A model generated the notes under the pieces. The model saw only the letters and a list, made by a program, of their open reading frames with translations, searched no databases and had not been told where the DNA came from. DNA of 64,000 bases from Candidatus Omnitrophota bacterium (GTDB taxonomy: Bacteria > Omnitrophota > Gorgyraeia > Zapsychrales > JBAZNR01). The stretch is from assembly GCA_041649175.1 (NCBI GenBank), contig JBAZNR010000001.1:71461-135460 (forward strand), read 5' to 3'. How positions within the stretch are numbered: the stretch's first letter is position 1; each line of letters begins with the position of its first letter. Of this stretch, positions 57,334 to 64,000 are shown in pieces. The position numbers and the translations under genes were made by a program.

Positions 57334-59478
57334 TTATTCTCCTGCTTGCGATCCGGCTTTTCTTTTATTAAAACCATTTCCAAAATCAATAGATAAATCC
57401 GGAAAAGCTTTTAAGCGAAAGACAAACCAAATTTCGCTACCCGAACCGCGCGTTTCGTTAAAATTAATATCCATTTCCCAACAATGCAAATCCCGCGTCA
57501 CCCTAAACTCTTGTTCTTTTAATGAACCGCTATTAATGTCATGCCGCTCATAAATACTGAATTTCCATTTTGGGTTGATCACATAGTTAAACCCTGTTGT
57601 GATCTGGTCATCAACATCTAAGGCATAACGCTTCCCAAAATCAAGAGACCATTTGTGGCCGGTAAGATAAATGTCAAAATTAGCCGAGATCAATTTATCT
57701 TTCGTAGTATCAAAATTGGCATCGGAATTAAATGTCAGCCAATCGTTGGGCTTAAATTCAATATCGGAAGCAATGCTACCAAACCCGCCGGTCCCGCTAT
57801 GCTCCTTAAGAAAGAAATCTGTGCTGGTAAGAACCCGCAACAAATCTACGGCAATGCCTTTGCGTTTTGTTTGTAGTTTATTTTCCAGAGAAAAATGAAT
57901 CTTGTGATCATTGGTAATAGCGTCAATATCGTCAAAATAATCTAATGAAGACGCCGGGATCGTCGGGTCATGCCGATACTCATAAGCAACACTTGGCGTA
58001 ACAACATGTCTGAGGCGATTAATATCCATCCCCCAATAATGCCCTTGGACATCGAACATCCGGAAAAATCTAGTACTAAGATCCGCGCCTGTCCTGAAAA
58101 TTCCCCGCATAACGCTATACTGAGAAGCATTCATCGTTTTTGTATAATAAGTCTCCCGGCCGCCGACAAAAGGTTTAAATTCTAAAAAGCTGATCTTCAT
58201 CGGGTAAGAGATCTCATTATTCGTGTCAAAACGTTTGGTTTCTTTTCTTACCTCAGTCGGCGACGGGTCTTTCTTCGAGAAATTATCAAATCCGTTTTCA
58301 CTTTTTAGATAAAATCCGCTGTTACCAATCTCTTGGCTGGTAACGTCGTAACGGATCCCCGGAAGCCGCTCAACAGTCGAAGTAAAACGATTCACCCGAA
58401 CATCACTGCGAAAGCTGAACGTTCCATTAGATAAATTTCTAGTTAAAAGGAAATAACTGGTAGGATCTTGGTCCTTCTGGTATTCCCGCTTAAGATAATC
58501 TTTAACGACGCCCGCATCACTCAACTTATAAAATTGCCAAATGGCCTCTGTCTTGTTATCAATGCTCCATTTATGACGCCACTGAGCTCTAAACCGTTCC
58601 CGTTCGATCGTCGGGCTTGGCCTCTCTTGCCAAGCATATTTTGACGTAATATTGCGTTCGTTCATATAATAGGTTCGGATAGAACCGCCGCCCATATTTT
58701 TCGTGTTATAGTTTAAATCAACACCGGAAGCAAAATCTTTTCGTTCGCGATAATCTAAATGAATGATACCTTTAAAATCCTCGCTAAAATAATATCGCCA
58801 TGATTGAAGTAAAAACGCGCCCCATTCCCTGTCGAAACCGGGCGTATAAGTAACACGAGGCTTATCATTAAGGATCTGAGAATATTTAGGAATATACATA
58901 ACCGGTACTTTACCAAAACGCATAGTGACATTGCGCGCAACAGCCTTTTTCCCGGGATAAATATCAAGCTTCTTCGATGCTAATTTGAAATGCGGTTTTT
59001 CAAGATCGCAGGTCGTTAAATAACCTTTTTTCATTTGGATTTGATTCTCAGCAACCTTGGAAACAGATTCTCCAGCGCCGTAATACGGGTGAGACGCGAT
59101 TGTCGCCCCGTGAAAATCCCCCGTCATCGTTTCGAAATTATAAACCAGTTGGTCTCCGGAAATACTTCCCTGTGGCGTTCTTAAAACGACATGCCCCTGG
59201 GCGGTGGCAAGATTCGTATCGCGGGAAAATTCAACCCGGTCACAGGTTAGTTTTGTATCATTCTGAAGAATAGAAACATTTCCGGTGGCAATGACCATAT
59301 TTTTTTCCACAATGAACTCGACCTGGTCGCCGTTAATTTCAACCGGAGTTTTGGACTCTTGCGCAAAAGCCTGAGTTGAAACCAAAAACAAGAAACAGGC
59401 TACCCAGCAACCCTTGCCAAGAAATTGATGCAGAAGATTAGACATAAAATTAGAAATCTTACTTTGCCGAAACAGCAT
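57334..59478 (-). CDS. lptD: LPS-assembly outer-membrane protein LptD (OstA family)
   Basis: Signal peptide; OstA N-terminal domain (VEINGDQVEF...ATGNVSI...LTCDRVEF...AQGHVVL...GDQLVYNF); about 550-aa beta-barrel. Confidence 0.8.
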   Translation of the reverse strand: MLFRQSKISNFMSNLLHQFLGKGCWVACFLFLVSTQAFAQESKTPVEINGDQVEFIVEKNMVIATGNVSILQNDTKLTCDRVEFSRDTNLATAQGHVVLRTPQGSISGDQLVYNFETMTGDFHGATIASHPYYGAGESVSKVAENQIQMKKGYLTTCDLEKPHFKLASKKLDIYPGKKAVARNVTMRFGKVPVMYIPKYSQILNDKPRVTYTPGFDREWGAFLLQSWRYYFSEDFKGIIHLDYRERKDFASGVDLNYNTKNMGGGSIRTYYMNERNITSKYAWQERPSPTIERERFRAQWRHKWSIDNKTEAIWQFYKLSDAGVVKDYLKREYQKDQDPTSYFLLTRNLSNGTFSFRSDVRVNRFTSTVERLPGIRYDVTSQEIGNSGFYLKSENGFDNFSKKDPSPTEVRKETKRFDTNNEISYPMKISFLEFKPFVGGRETYYTKTMNASQYSVMRGIFRTGADLSTRFFRMFDVQGHYWGMDINRLRHVVTPSVAYEYRHDPTIPASSLDYFDDIDAITNDHKIHFSLENKLQTKRKGIAVDLLRVLTSTDFFLKEHSGTGGFGSIASDIEFKPNDWLTFNSDANFDTTKDKLISANFDIYLTGHKWSLDFGKRYALDVDDQITTGFNYVINPKWKFSIYERHDINSGSLKEQEFRVTRDLHCWEMDINFNETRGSGSEIWFVFRLKAFPDLSIDFGNGFNKRKAGSQAGE

Positions 59479-60403
59479 GATTAACTAAAACTTGCGCGCC
59501 GATAATTCCGGCGTCTTCCCCTAATTGAGCTTTTACGATTTTTGCCATCCGCGCCGGGATTTTCATGGCGCGCTGAAGGATCGTTTTTTTGATGGCAGGA
59601 AAAAGATAACGGTGATTATTCGAAACGCCTCCGCCTATCACAATGCGATCCGGATTTAGGATGTTGACCACACCGGTTAACCCGATCCCTAAATGAAAGC
59701 CGACTTCTTCCCAAAATGCAATGGCCTTTCTGTTGCCTTTCGCCGCAAGCCGTGTTATTTCCGGAAAGGAAATTGTTTTGCCACGAAATATTTTTTTCGA
59801 TTTTTCTAATAGATATTTGTTGCCAACATAACGCTCTAGACACCCCGTTCCGCCGCAATTACAACGCGGGCCATTTTCATTGATCGGGGTATGCCCAATT
59901 TCTCCGGCCGAAAATCCTTCCCCGCGATAAAGAGCATTATTGATAATAAGGCCGCCGCCAACACCTGTTCCAAGCGTAATACATACAACATTTTTTACAC
60001 CGCGTCCCGCGCCAAATTTCCATTCGCCTAAGGCCATAAGATTGACATCATTGTCAACAAATGTAGGAATTCCAATTTCTTGTTGAATGATCTTTTTTAC
60101 AAAAACATTTTTCCATCCGGGAATGTTCACCAAGCAATGCACCATCCCTTTTGGGAAATCAACTAACCCGGGAAAACCAATACCGATCCCTAGAATATCT
60201 TTCTTGCCAATGTCGTTTTGGGTTATTGTTTTTTGAGCGCAAGACACCAAGGCCTTGATCAAAGCGCTTTTGCTTTGCGCAAAACTCTTTGTAGGGAAAG
60301 CAGTTCGAAGAGATATCTTGCCGGAAGGATCAACCAACCCGCATTTGATATTCGTTCCGCCAACATCAATTCCTAAAACAAATCGGCTCATAAACGGGTT
60401 CAT
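59459..60403 (-). CDS. ROK-family sugar kinase (glucokinase/GlcNAc kinase-like)
   Basis: LGIDVGGTNIKCGLVD...zinc motif CNCGGTGCLE. Confidence 0.8.
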   Translation of the reverse strand: MNPFMSRFVLGIDVGGTNIKCGLVDPSGKISLRTAFPTKSFAQSKSALIKALVSCAQKTITQNDIGKKDILGIGIGFPGLVDFPKGMVHCLVNIPGWKNVFVKKIIQQEIGIPTFVDNDVNLMALGEWKFGAGRGVKNVVCITLGTGVGGGLIINNALYRGEGFSAGEIGHTPINENGPRCNCGGTGCLERYVGNKYLLEKSKKIFRGKTISFPEITRLAAKGNRKAIAFWEEVGFHLGIGLTGVVNILNPDRIVIGGGVSNNHRYLFPAIKKTILQRAMKIPARMAKIVKAQLGEDAGIIGAQVLVNHAVSAK

Positions 60404-60515
60404 TCTACATCAAAACCCCAAGGGATTCAAGAAGTTGTGCGAGTTTTGCTCTTATAAGAAAAGTCATCTGGAGGGTTGTGAAAAAAACGGGAAAATGTCT
60501 TAAAGCGGTTTGATT

Positions 60516-61529
60516 TTAATACAGCCCGAACGTACAAATGCAATTACGCCCTTTTTTCTTAGCCCGGTACAAAGCCCAATCAGCTTTGTCAATAAGCTCC
60601 GCGACTAGCTTCCCATCTGAAGGGAATGTGGAAACACCGATGCTCACGGTCACCTTCACATTCGCATCATAGGCTTTGATGTTCTCCCCCGCTACGGCCG
60701 AACGGATACGTTCTGCCGCAAATTGCGCTCCGTCTTGATCGGTATCGGGCAAAACAACCGTAAGCTCTTCTCCTCCGTAACGGCCTACAATATCGATCTC
60801 TCGAATATTATCCTTCACGATACCGCCAATGGTGCGTAAAATTTGATCACCCACCAAATGCCCGTATTTATCATTAAAACTTTTGAAGTGGTCAACATCG
60901 ATCATAAGAAATGACAGATTTATTTTTCGCGTTATGGAACGCTTCAATTCTTCTTCAAACCGCTCCAAAAAATACCGGCGCGTATGAACTCCTGTCAAAC
61001 TATCTGTGATCGCCGATTCTTCGATCTCTTGATAAAGCTTAACGCGGCGCAATGCCAAGGCAAATTGATGGCCTAGAATAGCCAGCTTATCTTTATCTTT
61101 CGCGGATAAACCCTTAACCACAAGATACCCGAGTTTACGATTTTTCTCCTGGAGAGGAAAAACAAAATGCCTTTCGGATAAAATATGGATCTCATGTTCA
61201 CTGGACAGCGCGTCAATAAACTGACAATCTTCGAAGACGATATTTTCTTTTAATTTTTCTTTAAAGATCTCAAAGGCTTCTTCTTCATTGAGCTTTTTGG
61301 TGATCTCTCTGGTCATTTCATACAAGATGAAGATCTCTCTGGCCGAATGCTCAAGCTGGCTGCGTTCTTGGAGTATTTGGTTTCGCTTTTCTAGCAGATC
61401 TTCATGCCGGTTTATCACCTGAGACGTGGCCTCATCAGCCGCGAACTCTAGGCTGTAAGAAACTTTCTTAAGCCCGTAGATAACGGCTCCGACAAATAGC
61501 GCCAAACAAAATGTCATTCCATAAAACAT
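60516..61529 (-). CDS. membrane-anchored diguanylate cyclase (GGDEF; GGEEL variant)
   Basis: N-terminal TM, coiled coil, GAF-like region, RYGGEELTVVL. Confidence 0.8.
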   Translation of the reverse strand: MFYGMTFCLALFVGAVIYGLKKVSYSLEFAADEATSQVINRHEDLLEKRNQILQERSQLEHSAREIFILYEMTREITKKLNEEEAFEIFKEKLKENIVFEDCQFIDALSSEHEIHILSERHFVFPLQEKNRKLGYLVVKGLSAKDKDKLAILGHQFALALRRVKLYQEIEESAITDSLTGVHTRRYFLERFEEELKRSITRKINLSFLMIDVDHFKSFNDKYGHLVGDQILRTIGGIVKDNIREIDIVGRYGGEELTVVLPDTDQDGAQFAAERIRSAVAGENIKAYDANVKVTVSIGVSTFPSDGKLVAELIDKADWALYRAKKKGRNCICTFGLY

Positions 61530-62818
61530 ACGCGATTTCTTCCCTTGGCTTTTGCCCGGTACATGGCATTATCCGCAACTGCGATCAATTCTTCGCGTAA
61601 ACGAGCATCCGATGGAAATGTCGCCACCCCGATCGAAACAGTAATACGCGTTTTTTGCTTGCGCAGAATGATCTCTTGTTTCTGAATTCGTTTGCGCACT
61701 TCGTCTGCCAGTTCAATGGCTTTTTCCTTCGAACAATCCGGCAAAAGGACGGCAAACTCTTCCCCGCCAAAACGCGATACCAAATCTCCGGGATTTTTGA
61801 ACGTTTCCTGTAAGATCATCGCCACGGTCCTTAGCAAAATATCTCCGGCCATATGCCCATAGTGATCGTTGTAATCTTTGAACTTGTCTAAGTCAACCAT
61901 CAAAAATGACAGCTCTCTTTTACTGCGGAATTCCCGGCTGATCTCTTCGGTCATACGCGCTAAAAGATAACGGCGAAGATATAATCCCGTTAATCCATCT
62001 TTGATAGCCAGTTCTTCAACGCGCTCATAAAGTTGCGCATTTTCAATAGCCACCGCCCCTAAATCACCGATCGTCGATAGAAACCGCAGATCATCCGACT
62101 TAAAACAATTTTCTTGGGGCGTATCAACGCGGAGGATCCCTAAGGCCTTATTGCCGATCATCAAAGGCGTGCTGATCAAAGAACCGATGGCGCGAGCTTC
62201 TTCAGAGACTGCCTTGTCCATATCAAAACGAAAATCGTTTTTTGCGGCTTCGACCAAAAGCGGCTGCAAGGTCTTGACCACCCAGCCGTCAAAGAGATCG
62301 CCTTTCTTAGATTTGATATTGATCCGCATTTGCCCTTTTTGAGAAGATGTTAACCCTAGCTCACCGGTGCGGGAATGAAAAAGATAAAGGATCGTAGTGA
62401 TATCGCCATCGCCAAACAAGCGGTCTGTTTCGGCAGAAAGCGTTTCGGAAGTGTCTTCCAGGGAAAGACAGCGGCTTAATTTCTCCGTCAAGTCCTTAAG
62501 CTTAGAATAGTTGATGATCTTTTCTTGGAAGGCTTTTAAAACGGATGTTTCGGTTTCAATTTCGGCCTCCAGCAGATTATTCTTTTCCAAATAATCTTGG
62601 CGCTTGACCTCAGCTTCCGCCCGCTTCTTTTGAATACGCAAACGAACGGCAAAAAGAAACGCGATCAGAATGATCTGCGCAATGGCAACAAAAAATAAAA
62701 ACCCGGTGTGGGCACGAAGAGAAAAACTAAAGAAAAAGATCTGGAAGAAAATAAAAAAGAAGAAAAAGAGAGGCAAAAGCGCGGAGTTAGATAATTGTTT
62801 TTTCGGTTTCCTTGTCAA
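61514..62818 (-). CDS. membrane-anchored GAF-GGDEF diguanylate cyclase (GGEEF)
   Basis: Poly-Phe TM N-terminus, coiled coil, GAF-like region, SRFGGEEFAVLL, RAKAKGRNR. Confidence 0.8.
   Translation of the reverse strand: MTRKPKKQLSNSALLPLFFFFFIFFQIFFFSFSLRAHTGFLFFVAIAQIILIAFLFAVRLRIQKKRAEAEVKRQDYLEKNNLLEAEIETETSVLKAFQEKIINYSKLKDLTEKLSRCLSLEDTSETLSAETDRLFGDGDITTILYLFHSRTGELGLTSSQKGQMRINIKSKKGDLFDGWVVKTLQPLLVEAAKNDFRFDMDKAVSEEARAIGSLISTPLMIGNKALGILRVDTPQENCFKSDDLRFLSTIGDLGAVAIENAQLYERVEELAIKDGLTGLYLRRYLLARMTEEISREFRSKRELSFLMVDLDKFKDYNDHYGHMAGDILLRTVAMILQETFKNPGDLVSRFGGEEFAVLLPDCSKEKAIELADEVRKRIQKQEIILRKQKTRITVSIGVATFPSDARLREELIAVADNAMYRAKAKGRNRVCFME
62700..62790. repeat. A/G-rich low-complexity tract (encodes the poly-Phe N-terminus of the GGDEF protein on the minus strand)
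   Basis: The plus strand reads aaaaataaaaacccggtgtgggcacgaagagaaaaactaaagaaaaagatctggaagaaaataaaaaagaagaaaaagagaggcaaaag. Confidence 0.4.
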
Positions 62819-63890
62819 AAAAGTGCACCTTGCTCATGTCAAACACAAGATCCATATCACGGTTAACTTCAGGCCTGTCGTGAGCGCCGACGCGGGCAAT
62901 AAAGGTATGCCGGCCGGTATTCAAATAAAGATAAACTTCCGATCCCATCGGCTCTACGACTTCACAAGTTGCCCGGGCTGTATTTTCCGGGGAGGCCTCA
63001 GAGGCAAACAACTTATCATAAATATCCTCGGGCCGAATGCCAAAAGTAACCTCTTTACCTTCAAAAGGAGCGATAGCGTCAAACATCTCCTCTATAAGCT
63101 TAACCTGAAATTTACCTTCGTCAAAGTAGTATTTTCGCTCTTTTTTGATGATTCGGCCGTTTAGAAAATTGATCGGCGGCGACCCGATAAACCCGGCAAC
63201 AAACTTATTGGCCGGATTATCATAAACCGCGATAGGGTCATCACATTGCTGGATCTTGCCGTCTTTCATGACCACAATACGGTCCCCCATGGTCATGGCT
63301 TCGGTTTGATCATGAGTAACGTAAATGAACGTCGTCTGAAGGCGTAAGCGAAGTTTGTGGATTTCGGTGCGCATTTGTACGCGCATTTTAGCGTCTAAAT
63401 TACTCAATGGTTCATCGAATAAAAACACCATTGGCTTACGGATAATGGCGCGTCCAACCGCCACGCGCTGTCGTTCGCCTCCGGACAATTCCCGCGGACG
63501 GCGGCCTAAGAATTTCTTGATCCCTAAGATCTCCGCCGCTTCTTGAACGCGGCGGACAATTTCAGCTTTTGGATAACCGCGCAACTTTAATCCAAAGGCC
63601 ATATTCTCAAAAACGGTCATATGGGGATATAAAGCATAATTCTGAAAAACCATGGCGATATTTCTATCTTTGGCAGGAGTATCATTGACAACGCGATCTC
63701 CAATAGAGATCGTCCCTTGAGTCGCTTCTTCTAATCCGGCGATCATGCGAAGCGTCGTCGATTTACCGCAACCCGACGGGCCAACGAGGACTAAAAACTC
63801 TTTATTTTCAACGCTTAAGTTGACGTTGTCGACGGCCTTAACACCGCCTTTGTAGATCTTGCTGACATTTTTTAAGCTAACTTGGGCCAT
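62787..63890 (-). CDS. ABC transporter ATP-binding protein (MalK/UgpC-type sugar importer ATPase)
   Basis: LVGPSGCGKSTTLRMIAGLEE...LSGGERQRVAVGRAI...VFLFDEPLSNLDA plus a C-terminal TOBE-like domain. Confidence 0.85.
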   Translation of the reverse strand: MAQVSLKNVSKIYKGGVKAVDNVNLSVENKEFLVLVGPSGCGKSTTLRMIAGLEEATQGTISIGDRVVNDTPAKDRNIAMVFQNYALYPHMTVFENMAFGLKLRGYPKAEIVRRVQEAAEILGIKKFLGRRPRELSGGERQRVAVGRAIIRKPMVFLFDEPLSNLDAKMRVQMRTEIHKLRLRLQTTFIYVTHDQTEAMTMGDRIVVMKDGKIQQCDDPIAVYDNPANKFVAGFIGSPPINFLNGRIIKKERKYYFDEGKFQVKLIEEMFDAIAPFEGKEVTFGIRPEDIYDKLFASEASPENTARATCEVVEPMGSEVYLYLNTGRHTFIARVGAHDRPEVNRDMDLVFDMSKVHFFDKETEKTII

Positions 63891-64000
63891 GAGTTTATTT
63901 TTCTTTTCGCGAGAATTCTAAAACGACGGCTTATTATAACAAAACTGACTCTTAGCGTAAAAATAAATTCTCAAAGGCGAACAATTTATGAGGGACGGGT

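Noticed and set aside
63891-64000. Possible promoter (ttgtTATAATaag) upstream of the ABC ATPase gene at the window end
   Set aside because: There is only a -10-like hexamer with no convincing -35 element, and too little flanking sequence is present to judge.

Overview
This 64 kb window (about 43% GC) is a tightly packed, almost entirely minus-strand array of 61 protein-coding genes (60 on the minus strand plus metF on the plus strand). It appears to come from a didermic bacterium, because it carries LptD, a GT9 LPS heptosyltransferase and GDP-heptose genes. It is dominated by a cell-surface glycan (LPS/O-antigen/capsule-type) super-locus with at least six nucleotide-sugar routes: (i) a complete CMP-pseudaminic-acid pathway (pseB, pseC, a fused pseG-pseH gene, pseI, pseF) plus the WbuX/HisH/HisF-type amidotransferase trio that makes acetamidino-nonulosonates; (ii) a second cytidylyltransferase, an oxidoreductase and two 'HP-motif' GT-B proteins that are candidate nonulosonate transferases; (iii) GDP-heptose genes (hddA, hddC and gmhB homologues) next to a B12-binding radical-SAM enzyme; (iv) GDP-fucose genes (gmd at the window start, fcl about 45 kb away) next to a minimal split E1-alpha/E1-beta thiamine-diphosphate enzyme; (v) dTDP-6-deoxyhexose genes (RfbA-like, RfbB, a cupin); (vi) UDP-GlcA/UDP-Xyl genes (ugd, UXS, a second NDP-sugar dehydrogenase). 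There are also five DegT-family aminotransferases, many GT4/GT2/GT9/GT28 glycosyltransferases, three SAM methyltransferases and an MsbA-like ABC exporter, but no Wzx, Wzy or Wzz. A housekeeping block (metF, gap, two tandem galT paralogues, fmt, priA) splits the glycan locus. The 3' part holds lptD, a ROK kinase, two tandem GGDEF cyclases and an ABC ATPase. Features not given by the ORF track: a 52-codon DUF5989/SxtK-like membrane ORF with a strong RBS between the glycan genes; two tandem SGNH hydrolases with a roughly 280-aa TPR insertion; a PriA whose helicase motifs are all degenerate; a GalT paralogue lacking the HxH nucleophile; and a consensus sigma70 promoter with a perfect 9-bp palindromic operator upstream of a wHTH regulator. 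No rRNA, tRNA, CRISPR arrays or mobile elements were seen. In several places the printed text and the ORF track disagree by 1 nt, so coordinates derived from the text may be off by 1.
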